Below are positions 10,884 through 24,860 of a DNA stretch of 64,000 nt, one piece after another; position 1 is the stretch's first letter, and each line of letters begins with the position of its first letter. A program made the translations under genes and the position numbers. The DNA is from Tubulanus polymorphus (Eukaryota; Animalia; Nemertea): contig NC_134036.1 in assembly GCF_964204645.1 (NCBI RefSeq), forward strand, positions 8,608,030 through 8,672,029, written 5' to 3'. The notes under the pieces were generated by a model. The model worked only from the letters and a program-made list of their open reading frames with translations. It did not search any database and was not told the DNA's origin.

Positions 10884-11628
10884 CTTACAGACTGATTGTA
10901 CCGTACCCTCAGTCACCTCTCCTTACAGACCGATTGTACTGTACCCTCAGTCATCTCTCCTTACAGACTGATTGTACTGTACCCTCAGTCATCTCCCCTT
11001 TCAGACTGACTGTACTGTACCCTCAGTCATCTCTCCTTACAGACTGATTGTACTGTACCCTCAGTCATCTCCCCTTTCAGACTGACTGTACTGTACCCTC
11101 AGTCATCTCTCCTTACAGACTGATTGTACTGTACCCTCAGTCATCTCCCCTTTCAGACTGACTGTACTGTACCCTCAGTCATCTCTCCTTACAGACTGAT
11201 TGTACTGTACCCTCAGTCATCTCCCCTTTCAGACTGACTGTACTGTACCCTCAGTCATCTCTCCTTACAGACTGATTGTACTGTACCCTCAGTCATCTCC
11301 CCTTTCAGACTGACTGTACTGTACCCTCAGTCATCTCTCCTTGCAGACTGATTGTACTGTACCCTCAGTCATCTCCCCTTACAGACTGACTGTACTGTAC
11401 CCTCAGTCATCTCCCCTTACAGACTGATTGTACTGTACCCTCAGTCATCTCCCCTTACAGACTGACTGTACTGTACCCTCTGTCATCTCCCCTTACAGAC
11501 TGATTGTACTGTACACTTAGTCATCTCCCCTTACATACTGGTTGTGTTGTCCTCACTCATCTCTCCTTTCAGACTGATGTACTGTATCCTCAGTCATCTC
11601 CCCTTGCAGTCTAATTGTATTGTACCAG
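10884..11628 (+). repeat. 38-bp minisatellite array 1 (~19-20 units)
   Basis: Unit CAGACTGATTGTACTGTACCCTCAGTCATCTCYCCTTA. Confidence 0.95.
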
Positions 11629-12443
11629 TCACCGGTTGCCAGTACAGTAAAGCATAGTTAAGAACCTTTGCGCGAATTTGGTCGAAAGCGATGTCGACGG
11701 TGAAGTCCACTGACCTCATTACGATCGACAATGTAGATTTACCTCTTCATGCACATAAATGCTAAATGTGTGTGTACTTCCCGATTTCAAAATTCTGAAA
11801 TAATTTCTATTAAAACGTTTTGCGACTTTAATCCGAGTTGTTATGTCGTAATTATTTCCCAATTTGTTTTTTAAATCTCATGTCCCCGGAAAGCTTCAGT
11901 AATATATGGTTGATGTGGTAAAAATTACCGTATTCAGACAAATTTCTTTTGTACGGTAACACGATCTGAGTGACATACATTTTTTTACTGGAAACCGGTA
12001 TAGAGTTGCGTTTTAGCGCCAAATAAAAACTCTTTGCCGATTCATGGACCTATTCTATTAGACTAATAAAAAGGATTCTTGTTCGGTATAGATAATAAAT
12101 ACCTGAGACATTAGAATGATAATCAAAACTTTTTTAACGGGAACATTTTTAACGCTCGCATACAATAACATTTTCGTCATGACCGAATTGATAACTTAAC
12201 CATGAACGTGTATCCCCTTGTAACCAGCTTAATGCTGGGCTCCAAAAATGCTTTTCGTACACCCCCTGGAACGATGCCATCCGTTCACTGGCCGTTTCTA
12301 TGCGGAGATGGCTGTTCATCGAAATATTTGCTCTGAATGAAATTCTTTTTAACGTAACTCCAGACATACCATAGTCTGACCGGTGAACAGAACTCCCTGA
12401 CCAGGCACGTAGAGCTTACTCTAGTTCATACTTTCAGGCATCT

Positions 12444-13452
12444 CTTACAGACTGATTGTACCGTACCCTCAGTCACCTCTCCTACAGACCGATTGTACTG
12501 TACCCTCAGTCATCTCTCCTTACAGACTGATTGTACTGTACACTCAGTCATCTCTCCTTGCAGACTGATTGTACTGTACCCTCAGTCATCTCTCCTTACA
12601 GACTGATTGTACTGTACCCTCAGTCATCTCTCCTTGCAGACTGATTGTACTGTACCCTCAGTCATCACCCCTTACAGACTGGTTGTACTGTACTCTCACT
12701 CATCTCACCTTACAGACTGATTGTACTGTACCCTCAGTCATCCCTCCTTGCATACTGGTTGTACCGTAGCCTCAGTCATATCCCCTTACAGACTGATCGT
12801 ACTATACCTTCAGTCATCTCCCTTGCATACTGATTGTACTGTACACTCAGTCATCTCTCCTTGCAGACTGATTGTACTGTACCCTCAGTCATCTCTCCTT
12901 ACAGACTGATTGTACTGTACCCTCAGTCATCTCTCCTTGCAGACTGATTGTACTGTACCCTCAGTCATCACCCCTTACAGACTGGTTGTACTGTACTCTC
13001 ACTCATCTTACCTTACAGACTGATCGTACTATACCTTCAGTCATCTCCCCTTGCATACTGATTGTACTGTACCCTCAGTCATCTCCCCATATAGACTGAC
13101 TGTACTGTACCCTCAGTCATCTCTCCTTGCAGACTGATTGTACTGTACCCTCATTCATCTTCCTTTATAGACTGACTGTACTGTACCCTCAGTCATCTCC
13201 CCTTACAGACTGATTGTACTGTACCCTCATTCATCTCCCTTTATAGACTGACTGTACTGTACCCTCAGTCATCTCCCCTTACAGACTGACTGTACTGTAC
13301 CCTCTGTCATCTCCCCTTACAGACTGATTGTACTGTGCACTTAGTCATCTCCCCTTACATACTGGTTGTGTTGTCCTCACTCATCTCTCCTTTCAGACTG
13401 ATGTACTGTATCCTCAGTCATCTCCCCTTGCAGTCTAATTGTATTGTACCAG
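12444..13452 (+). repeat. 38-bp minisatellite array 2 (~26 units)
   Basis: Same unit, with more variant copies. Confidence 0.95.
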
Positions 13453-14152
13453 TCACCGGTTGCCAGTACAGTAAAGCATAGTTAAGAACCTTCGCGCGAA
13501 TTTGGTCGAAAGCGATGTCGACGGTGTTCCCTATCTTTTTATATCGGTGTACAATTGATATCGATAAAGCTTTATTTCAATGAATCAGATAGATTTTTTG
13601 ACATACTTAAAAGGTGGTCTACGATTTTGACATTCGCCGACGAAATGACTCGTCATATAAAGCAATGGAATACGGACGATATTTCCTTGTCGAAACGATC
13701 ATTTCGATATCTTTGCTAATCTTTTTGTGCGGTCTGATCAACTCTGGCACAATATACATTCCTGCATGCTGTTATCCAGACACTTTGAAATCCATTCCAC
13801 ATCATCGCATGTAAAAAAACGAATTGTGCTTTTGCCGGTCGCCTTTTTTGGCATATTTATAATGCGATGCAACACAGAATAACGAGTTGAAGAACAGCCA
13901 TACAGAACAAATGTATCTCTTTGTAACCTGGTTTCTTGGAAACCCACAAATGTTGTTGTTGCACCGCCTGGAACGTGCTGAGGGAGTCGCAATCACAAGT
14001 AAAAATGGACCCCAGATCAAAGGTCGATGGGTCGAAAAATGAAATGGTGATAGAGTGCATTTTATAATTTTTGAATTTCAACTAATGTATAAGAATAATG
14101 AAATTTAAAGTTGAGCCCACCTATAGTTGGCCGCAATATTTCATCTTTTTCT

Positions 14153-16427
14153 TGTACTTTACCCTCAGACATTTCTCCTCGCAGACTGATTGTATGGTAC
14201 CTTCAGTGACCCTCAGTCATCTCTCCTTACAGACTGATTGTACTGTACCCTCAGTCATCTCTCCTTGCAGACTGATTGTACTGTACCCTCAGTCATCACC
14301 CCTTACAGACTGGTTGTACTGTACTCTCACTCATCTCACCTTACAGACTGATCGTACTATACCTTCAGTCATCTCCCCTTGCATACTGATTGTACTGTAC
14401 CCTCAGTCATCTCCCCATATAGACTGACTGTACTGTACCCTCAGTCATCTCTCCTTGCAGACTGATTGTACTGTACCCTCATTCATCTTCCTTTATAGAC
14501 TGACTGTACTGTACCCTCAGTCATCTCCCCTTACAGACTGATTGTACTGTACCCTCAGTCATCTCCCCTTGCATACTGATTGTACTGTACCCTCATTCAT
14601 CTTCCTTTATAGACTGACTGTACTGTACCCTCAGTCATCTCTCCTTACAGACTGATTGTACTGTACCCTCAGTCATCTCCCCTTGCATACTGATTGTACT
14701 GTACCCTCAGTCATCTCCCCATATAGACTGACTGTACTGTACCCTCAGTCATCTCTCCTTGCAGACTGATTGTACTGTACCCTCATTCATCTTCCTTTAT
14801 AGACTGACTGTACTGTACCCTCAGTCATCTCTCCTTACAGACTGATTGTACTGTACCCTCAGTCATCTCCCCTTGCATACTGATTGTACTGTACCCTCAG
14901 TCATCTCCCCATATAGACTGACTGTACTGTACCCTCAGTCATCTCTCCTTGCAGACTGATTGTACTGTACCCTCATTCATCTTCCTTTATAGACTGACTG
15001 TACTGTACCCTCAGTCATCTCCCCTTACAGACTGATTGTACTGTACCCTCATTCATCTCCCTTTATAGACTGACTGTACTGTACCCTCAGTCATCTCCCC
15101 TTACAGACTGATTGTACTGTACCCTCAGTTACCTCCTGTTGCAGACTGATTGTACTGTACCCTCAGTCATCTCTCCTTGCAGACTGATTGTACTGTACCC
15201 TCAGTCATCACCCCTTACAGACTGGTTGTACTGTACTCTCACTCATCTCACCTTACAGACTGATTGTACTGTACCCTCAGTCATCCCTCCTTGCAGACTG
15301 ATTGTACTGTACCCTCATTCATCTCCCTTTATAGACTGACTGTACTGTACCCTCAGTCATCTCCCCTTACAGACTGATTGTACTGTATCCTCATTCATCT
15401 CCCTTTATAGACTGACTGTACTGTACCCTCAGTCATCTCCCCTTACAGACTGATTGTACTGTACCCTCAGTTATCTCCTGTTGCAGACTGATTGTACTGT
15501 ACCCTCAGTCATATCCCCTTACAGACTGATCGTACTATACCTTCAGTCATCTCCCCTTGTAGACTGATTGTACTGTACCCTCAGTCATCTCCCCATATAG
15601 ACTGACTGTACTGTACCCTCAGTCATCTCTCCTTGCAGACTGATTGTACTGTACCCTCAGTCATCTCCCCTTGCAGACTGATTCTACTGTACCCTCATTC
15701 ATCTCCCTTTATAGACTGACTGTACTGTACCCTCAGTCATCTCCCCTTACAGACTGATTGTACTGTACCCTCATTCATCTCCCTTTATAGACTGACTGTA
15801 CTGTACCCTCAGTCATCTCCCCTTACAGACTGATTGTACTGTACCCTCAGTTATCTCCTGTTGCAGACTGATTGTACTGTACCCTCAGTTATCTCTCCTT
15901 AAATACTTATTGTACTGTACCCTCAGTCATCTCCTGTTGCAGACTGATTGTACTGTACCCTCAGTTATCTCCTGTTGCAGACTGATTGTACTGTACCCTC
16001 AGTCATCTCACCTTACAGAATGATTGTACTGTACCCTCATTCATCTCTCCTTACAGACTGATTGTGCTGTACCCTCAGTCATCTCACCTTACAGACTGAT
16101 TGTACTGTACCCTCAGTCATCTCCCCTTGCAGACTGATTGTACTGTACCCTCAGTCATCTCCCCTTGTAGACTGACTGTACTGTACCCTCAGTCATCTCC
16201 CCTTACAGACTGACTGTACTGTACCCTCAGTCATCTCCCCTTTTAGACTGACTGTACTGTACCCTCAGTCATCTTCCTTGCAGACTAATAATTGTACTGT
16301 ACCCTCAGTCATCTCCCCTTGCAGACTGGTTGTACTGTACCCTCAATCATCTCCCCCCTTGCATACTGATTGTACTGTACCCTCAATCATCTCCCCTTGC
16401 AGACTGATTGTACTGTACCGTCAGTCA
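14153..16427 (+). repeat. 38-bp minisatellite array 3 (~60 units)
   Basis: Same unit; shares runs of variant units with array 2. Confidence 0.95.
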
Positions 16428-17180
16428 AGGTAGCGTAGGTCGGTTGGTCGTTGCGAGGCGATCGTCGCGAGGACCTACGCCCGGTTTAAGGTTTATAAGT
16501 GTTACAAGGTAAATTGTAACGACGCTCCAATAAATTAGTCTTGATCTTTCGCATATGATTACATCCCTCATCGCCCGTCGGTGTTGGAAAAATTGGGTCG
16601 ATCGGACATAACATGGTCGTCCTGTGATTTGTTTTGCCCAACAATTTTATTTTACCCTGAATTCGGAGGGCCTGTAGCTTCATGGTGGTTTGTCATTTTT
16701 CATTGAAATTCATGATGGGCTCCTTTGTGAAGGGATCTTTAACGTATCAGAGGGGTTTTGCGGTCAATTGTCACGCATCAATCGTCGGCTATTTGATACA
16801 TTTCCTCGCATGCAATTGGAAATACCCAATTATTTTTGTTTTTTTGCCATCAGGGAGGTCAAATAATGAATCATATAGAACTTTTCAGTTCAGTAATTCG
16901 TTGTTACCTTCAAAATCTTTTGCAAAATCGTAGCTCATTACATGATTCTACATTACATGGTTCTATGAATGGTTACAGTTTCGACGTCATCGGTTTAATC
17001 GTGCACGGTCACCAGTGGGCGTTGATTAAGAGAATAACTTAGTATTTCCATATCATGTCGGTCACCAGTGGGCGTTGATTAAGAGAATAACTTAGTATTT
17101 CCATATCATGTCGGTAGCTAGACGTATTTCTTTAACACGATAATTATTTTGCTCATAACAAGCTTTATGATTGACGGTGG

Positions 17181-18949
17181 TGTTGCAGACTGAGACAACA
17201 TGAACAGATAAATGCAGCGGCGTAATTGCAAACTGGTGTTTATTACCGTTTTCTACAATACAAATTAACATTTCTCATTATATAAATATGTCATAAATGA
17301 AATAACTGAATTACAGAATTAATGTACTTGTATATGTACTTACAAATCGTACGCCTAATCGCCAACATGACATTCGGTGAGTAAAATACAGAGTATTACT
17401 ACTGGTGACATATCAGTACCTGTTTATATACCAATCAAACCGTCACACACAGTGAGCGGCTTAGGATAAGCTATAATACAATATATGCCTTGATATTACA
17501 ATAATCCTACATAGAAAACTACAAACTGGAATAACATGATAATACTCTAAATTTAAAATCTTACAGCGCCCCCTTGATACTAGTTACAAATAATGGTGTC
17601 AATCAAATAGTTACGATTAATAGCTTAACAACAGTTACAAAGAATTTTAAGTACTTTTCAGACACACAAAACAAGATCAGATTTCTGAGGCAACATGCAT
17701 TTAAATTCTTTTGTAACAATAATTAAGACACAGATTCTTCAAGGACACAAACCTTGGTCACGGGCCGTAAATACTCAGATCTGTCTGAGGTTCGAATCCT
17801 TACAGTTCGCACTCTGCCATCTTCACTTGGGATTGTGCAAACTACACAAAGACCAACCAATGACCAACGTGTCCTTGGCAAGTTTTCATCAACTAAAAGA
17901 ACTAAATCATTAACTTTGACATTTTTACAATCGCCAAACCATTTACCTCTTGCAGTGAGGGTCGGAAGGTATTCCTTCTGTCACCGTCGCCAAAAGTTAT
18001 CAGCTATGATTTGTGACTTACGCCATTATTTGCGACTATTAATTTCTTGCGTCTCGAATCTACCTGGAGGCATTACGTCGCTGGCGCCCCCATGTAAAAA
18101 GTGATTCGGAGTGATCGCTGTGAAATCATTAGCATCACTACTGTTGTATGTAAGTGGGCGGCTATTTATCGTCGCTTCTACTTCTATAAGTGCTGAATGC
18201 AGTACTGAATCTGATACACAATTACCCTTTAGGACTACCATAAGTGTTCTCTTTACAGAACCAACTAGCCGCTCCCATGCCCCTCCAAAATGGGGAGCAT
18301 GAGCTCAATTTCATCCGCATCTTCTAAAACTGAAACGTATGACTGGTGGGCCGACTGTAGTGATTTTAAACAGCTAGCAATACGTTGTTTCAACGATTCT
18401 CTGTGAAGATCTGACTGTTCTTTCGTTGATTTCACTTTCTCGAGCGAACGAGTAAGCCACCCTGCCAGGCTAGCACGAGTGCCCTTTAATTTCTGTCTTC
18501 GTTCAGCTGTTGACGGTTGATCCTCGTCTTGAGACATCATACAGCAGATTTATAACTTTATGTTGCAGACTGAGACAACATGAAAAGATAAATGCTGCGG
18601 CGTAATTGCAAACTGGTGTTTATTACCGTTTTCTACAATACAAATTAACATTGCTCATTATATAAATATGTCATAAATGCAATAACTGAATTACAGAATT
18701 AATGTACTTGTATATGTACTTACAAATCGTACGCCTAATCGCCAACATGACATTCGGTGAGAAACATACAGAGTATTACTACTGGTGACATATCAGTACC
18801 TGTTTATATACCAATCAAACCGTCACACACAGTGAGCGGCTTAGGATAAGCTATTGTGAATACAATATATGCCTTGATATTACAATAATCCTACATAGAA
18901 AACTACAAACTGGAATAACATAATAATACTCTAAATATAAAATCTAACA
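17181..18949 (-). mobile_element. BEL/Pao LTR retrotransposon, internally deleted
   Basis: LTRs 17181-17565 and 18561-18949 (TG...CA); TSD GGTGG at 17176-80 and 18950-54; PPT AAGGGGGCGC beside the 3' LTR. The gag N-terminus (18540) joins near 18300 to the integrase C-terminus APHFGGAWERLVGSVK...EATINSRPLT...TPNHFL...KEYLPTL...DGRVRTV...RPVTK. Confidence 0.92.
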
Positions 18950-21900
18950 GGTGGTGACTTTCAAAGTCACTGGTTTCTATACGTTACTGGACCTCTAGTT
19001 ATTCACAGCTTTGATCATTCATTCGCTAACATTACTATTCGTTATCGCTATTGTAATACATTATCACTTTCTATTATTATGGTTGTTGATTTATTTACCA
19101 TAAGCAAATATTGCATACGTTTTTCCTGTTCAATTACAAGCCGATATTATTACATTATATACTCATATATGATTCATCCATGCATGTATTTAGTATCATT
19201 ATTCGTTATTCTTATCATTCATTTATTGTTATCGATTACTAATTGATTATTGTTAAATTGTTATCTTAATTATTTTTTGGCACCTGCTTTCATCCACTAG
19301 GCAGTCGGTGACCATTACGCGTGTGAGATACTAGCAAATATTGAATATGGTATGTAATATCGTTTATGTTTGGAAGAAATGAATGATTTTCTATTCTAAT
19401 TCTACTAAAAGATTTATACCAATCACAAAAAATCGTGATATTCTCGCAACGGCTCGTTATATTTCAAATTCGAACGTTGGAATCCGTTGATTTCCATGGA
19501 TATACCCCAGTAATCTCCCCTTGCAGACAGGCACTGGATATTTCTAGTAGGTGAATGGTGATCTCCCAGGTTATCCAAGTTCTCGGTGTGCAATCATTTG
19601 TCTGTTCGAACACAGTACGTCAAATCGGGTAAAAGGCACCCGTCGTTAGGTTGGTACCATATAAATCCTTCATCGAAAACTGACTGCATCTCGAGTATCA
19701 ATGCGAAAAGGTTTGGATGATTGCATCTCCCAATGCGATAAAGTTTGAATGCGTTTTGAGCGAGGGTTGAGCAATGATGCGTACGGTTCACAGCTTAGAA
19801 TTAAATTGACATAGTTAACGTTTATCAAATCGATTTGCGTTTTGGAGAGAAATCAAACGCGTACATCGATGTATCGGCATTAAAACGCGTTCCAATCGTG
19901 TGTAAGATGCGCGGTTCAACACGCAAACGATTTGCCTATTTCGTTAAGTTTGTTCAAAGCTGCACCGTAGTTGCGGAGAACTATCGTTCAGAATAAGACA
20001 GTTAACTTACATAACGAAGGCCGCGTACGCGATGCGATTAGATAGAACTAACGTTCAAACCCGTGAAATTCGGGGGAAAAATTACAAGGGCACACAATTT
20101 GTGAGCCATAAAAAAATAATTACCTTTCTGTACTAGGCCTAAAGCCAAATGTGAATGAAAATAAATCGCCCAAAAAAAAAGGCGATCTAATGAGTGAGTC
20201 ATTATGGGATTTGAAACTAAACTACAGTCGCACTTCGTAACTACGAACGTCAGAAGACTAGGAAAGATATATTCGTTACAAACATTGATAAGTAGCTGTT
20301 ATTCGCTATGTTTTAAATCGTTCGCTTTATCTATCTGGAATAAAATTCGTGTTTCGTAAATAAACCGATGAATATTCGGGGTCGGTATAACGACGTGCTC
20401 CTGTAACTGCTAACGGGAATGGGCAAGTAGGTCTAGTAAGAACAGGATAAGTTATCAAATGCTTAGATAAGTTTGCTTTGTCTTAAACATTTGAGTAGTT
20501 TGAAATCAATTTCAGGGCATTGTCTAATTCTAGTTTTTTTTTCGGTGGTTTTCAATCAAGGTGACATTCGGGTAGAATTCGTTCTATTTCTTAGTAGCGG
20601 GTTGACAATTAAATCGGAGCTATTCACACAGTGCCACGTGCGGTATTCGTAGTAACTAAAATTTACAGAAGATGTGATACAGTCGTTATTGAAATGGCCA
20701 TCCTGACCGTACTAGAGTCAAACCGCCAACATATGTGTATAACCATGTATGTATGTATGAGAATTCTACACATCCGCAGTTTCGTCCAGCTTAGAGGGAA
20801 GAGAACGCGAGATCAAAGACGCATGGACCATTCACTAGCTGTTCTGCGCCACGAATAGAACCAGCTTCGCGCCGCGCGCGCGTCAGCCGTATTTCATACT
20901 TTCATCGCTCTTTGTGACGTATCCGAGCCTGCCCGCGATCTTTAAAAAGGCATTACTTCTCATAGACGTTGGCGCATTATCTCAAAACATGTTTTTACGA
21001 AAGGAAGGTTAGGCCTTTTTAGTTTTGCTAATATCGGCAGTGCGTATGATGGATATCTATAACCAAATGTCGAGAAACAATCTCCATAGCAAAAGCGTCT
21101 TCAACACTTTGCCAAACAGTGGATGTGATTGTCTATCTACGGGCGGTGGGCGGGGTAAATCTCAATGAAATTCGCCTGCTGGCGGAACACGAGTCTAATG
21201 TGGACCAAAAGCGCCGGTTGAAATAAACGCTGTTTTTGTTTTCTATTATGGGCTGACACGGTAACGCTTCTAGTTTGGCGTGGTTCACGATATTAGTTAC
21301 TTTCGAATTGTTTTAGGTATAAAGTCCGAACTAGAGTAATACCCGCGGAAACCACGGGTGATTTCCTTTGGCCTAGAACTTCAAACTGTTTAATTTATTC
21401 GCAATGGTATTAGGTCGGGCCATTTAAAATCTATGTGCCCATGCTCGTGGAGCGCCTATGAGCTTTGATGACCTATAGCCGCGGAGACTGGGAACTATCG
21501 GAGGTAAACAAACTATGGACAGAGCTACGCGGGACTCCAACTCCTGACCCTATTAGGTGCAAGTTTTGTGGTCTACATTGCGACTGCATAACGTTATTGT
21601 GCTGTAGACTTGCTTTGATGCAGTAAGAATCTATAATTATAATTCCTGCTTACTGATTGGCTGAAATTTTGCGCGCTTCCGTTCGTCCCCCCCCCTATAA
21701 ATATTTTCACACACTGTTTATACCCGTAGCATTAGTTTATACAATGGTTGACTACCGCACACAATTGAAAAGCCCACTTCTTCTCCACGGCGACACTATT
21801 CTATTTGCAACATAGTTTCGTATTAATATATAGATACTAACCGGGAGAAGTTGAACTCGATTTCTTACAACAGGAATTTATCATTCAAAGCAGGCTGCAA

Positions 21901-21954
21901 TATATATGTATCTAATCGTTCATATATATACAAGTAATAGTATCTCGTAGTTGA

Positions 21955-22072
21955 CCTCCCTGCCTCACTCCCTGCCTGCCTGTCTGCCTCCCGGCTCCCT
22001 GCCTGCCTCCCTGTCTGCCTCACTCCCTGCCTGCCTCCCTACCTGTCTGCCTCCCTCCCTGCCTGCCTCCCT
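21955..22072. repeat. (CCTG/CCCT)n simple repeat
   Basis: Direct inspection. Confidence 0.85.
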
Positions 22073-22709
22073 CTAGCACTTACTGGCAAATAACGTGTAT
22101 ATAGTAACATCCGATTGGTGACGATTAATCAGCAATATAAACGACAGATGATGGTTTATCTGCAATGGAAATGAATTATCAGCAGTGAGAATTTGACTAA
22201 TATTTGTGGAGGTGAATCATGTCTTTTGTACTTTACAGTTACAACAAGTGATAATATTAAAAAGATGCAACCCTGTCTAACCCTGACTAATTGTATTGCA
22301 CAGATTAATAACTAGCTGAAATTACTAATGCAAGGTGATTATGGATAATGAATGTTAGAAAAGTTTTCAAGGAGCACGGAGAACAATACACATACTTAAT
22401 ACTTTATTGTGAAATCTACACATCTATCTAAAAGTAATCTTAGTGTATCCATGTGTAGACTAAAAAAATAATTCCAATAATTTCTATGCACTGATACACA
22501 AAATAAAATCCTTGTTACAAGCAGTTTCTCCTGATTTTGACTAATCTCATTTCACAGAATAATAGCAGTTTACTGTCTGAAACTGATTATCACAATATGC
22601 AGTAGTATTACAAATTATCATAAATGCCACGGTTTTAAATGTAGATTAATACAGTCAGACACCTCACAACGTTCATAGAAGAATGAAGAACTAAAGTTAA
22701 TTACTTTTC

Positions 22710-24860
22710 TTAAAAAATGTCAAGAAAAGTCATGCGACGTGGATTTCGCCTCGCAAATTCATCAATTACAGCAGACACATCTACCTCCGTTTCATAATGG
22801 ACTGCCATTTAGTCTGTCCTGACTCATAGTAGACCTCATGTAGGATTTAAGTCGGCGCAAAGCAGAAACAGAACGCTCACACTGGCAACTAGTGACCGGA
22901 ATCGTACCTAAAACACGCAGTGCAGTACTAATGTGACACGGATCTAGAGGCAGACAATGACAGGAGCACATAATTAAAAAAAGGGCAATCTAAAGAAAAG
23001 GCACTATCCATGAGCTGGCGTAGCGATGTCGGTTTCTTCTCCTGCCTGCTCCAATAAGCCTCCCAAAGTAGCAGTTCTGATGAAATGTTGGCACAAGATG
23101 GAAAATCACTAGAACACTGATCACAAAACTGTAGAAAGCATTTTTTCCAGTCACTGCTCGCAACTGACATTAAATTTGGCATCACCAATTCGTGTTGATT
23201 CAGCATTCCAGTGACCACCTTGATTCGTTGCAATATCATTCAGGGTCGCTATCACTGGTTCAATGAGTTCAGAAAATGTCTCCATCACATCTAAACGCTG
23301 AACCCATATCGTTTTACAAACATCTAACAGTTTCCGCTTTTTCGTTTCAGGGACCATATTTTCTATATTTTCAGCTAACAGCTCATCTTTTTTGGGCGAG
23401 AATGAGAAAAACTTGCTCAACTCACCAAGCGTGTCTAACATGTTTCTGATAGCTTGAATCTGGCAGGAGGACATCAAACAAAGGTTCAAACGTTGAGAAG
23501 CACAATTGGTGTACAAGGCTTTGGGAAATTGTACCGCAATTAATGATGATACGCCCTTGTTCTTTCCAGCTACATTGCCTGCCCCATCATAACACTGACC
23601 TCTACAGTTAGCCATATCTAGTGCGAGGTCTTTAACGGCAGTTTTAATATATTCCGCTAGATCAGCTCCAGATGTCCCATCATCACAATGGATAAACCAT
23701 AGAAAATCTTCCTGAATTTCTCCATCACCGTCCACATATCTTATTACCAACGCCAATTGTTCCTTATTACTGGAGTCCGCTGCCTCATCAGCAATTATCG
23801 CAAAGAGTTTGGCTTCAATTAGCCTATCCACTATCGATTATTCGATTTGATCTCCAACACAATTTATAATTTGGTTTTGCACAATTTTTGAACGATATGT
23901 CGCATTTTTAGCACAGGTTTCCGTATGATTTGCCGGTATTATATCGCCACCATCAATTCTAAAATCTAAAAGTCTCTGAAATAATCCATTATTTGTACTT
24001 TTATCTGAGTATGATGCTTAATCATCTCGGTGTCCTCGAAAAAGGAAAGCACTGTTTTCCCAGAAAGAGCACACACACTGGACCAAGGACTCAAAAATCC
24101 TACGATTATCCGCAAAACGCTCACTCCTGGCTTGGTCTAACTGAACATCGACCGGAACCACTTTATTCGTCATCATACGTATAAAATTCTGCTTATCGAT
24201 AACAGCATTGCGATGCATGTCCAATTGCCTTTGATGTTTTCCATTTCACTACAGGTTTTGTATACAAACGCTCAATCGGCTTCCCACCTTTGAAAGCACC
24301 GTCCAGATTTTCTGAATATACCAACCAAGGAAACATTTTGAACCATTTATCGATGAACGCCCGGCTCTTCTCACCACCTTTTTGACGTGGAAAAGAATAA
24401 TCTTCATTTGGTGTCCAAATGTTCCTTAAGACAGCATATATCTCCGCATTAGGAAGTTTTGAAGTCATATCACCTCATCCTCCCCCGGCAGGGATTCGAA
24501 CCTGATGGCATCGAGATTGCCACGGCACGAAACCCTGCCATAATCGACCGTGTGCGCAGATACACGCGCAGTTCAGATGATGCGATTTTTAGCCAATCAG
24601 AAATCCCGTTTTATTTTAGCCCGGGTTTTCCCATTTATAGTTCTTCCTTGAAATTTGCCTCAACGATTATACAACGAGCAATCTGATTGGTGCCGCCAGT
24701 TTTCGTTCGGAAAGCTGCGCATGTACCTGCGCACCCGGTCTACTGATGCAGGGGTTCGTGCCGTGGCTGAGTGTAGCGATGCCATCAGGTTCGAGTCCCT
24801 GCAGAGGGCGGATGTATCACCTGTGTACACTGAAATATCTCTATCTGGATTGGACATGCT
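22710..24860 (-). pseudogene. hAT transposase (ZMYM/P52rIPK-like, DUF4371 type), decayed
   Basis: WTP..YSFP..WFKMFPWLVYS, FRGHRDD, FAIIADEAADSSNKEQL, RGQCYDGAGNVAG, and C-terminal dimerisation motif IPVTSCQCERSVSALRRLKSYMRSTMSQDRL; several frameshifts. Confidence 0.88.
24476..24814. mobile_element. MITE with 8-bp TSD inserted in the hAT gene
   Basis: TIR CATCC...GCAGGGATTCGAACCTGATGGCATCG; TSD TATCACCT at 24468-75 and 24815-22. Removal rejoins DISVYTGD-MTSKLPNAE. Confidence 0.88.

Larger units (their letters stand above)
10231..13526 (+). repeat. Tandem segmental duplication (10231-11702 and 11791-13526)
   Basis: Near-identical ~650-bp left flanks (offset 1560) and ~75-bp right flanks ending GATGTCGACGGTG; each copy encloses a 38-bp array. 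Confidence 0.92.

Noticed and set aside
10589-12367. Two identical 72-aa ORFs as genes
   Set aside because: They are a by-product of the duplication and show no recognisable motif.
10884-16427. 38-bp palindromic repeats as a CRISPR array next to a virus
   Set aside because: Units are head-to-tail with no unique spacers, there are no cas genes, and the context is eukaryotic.
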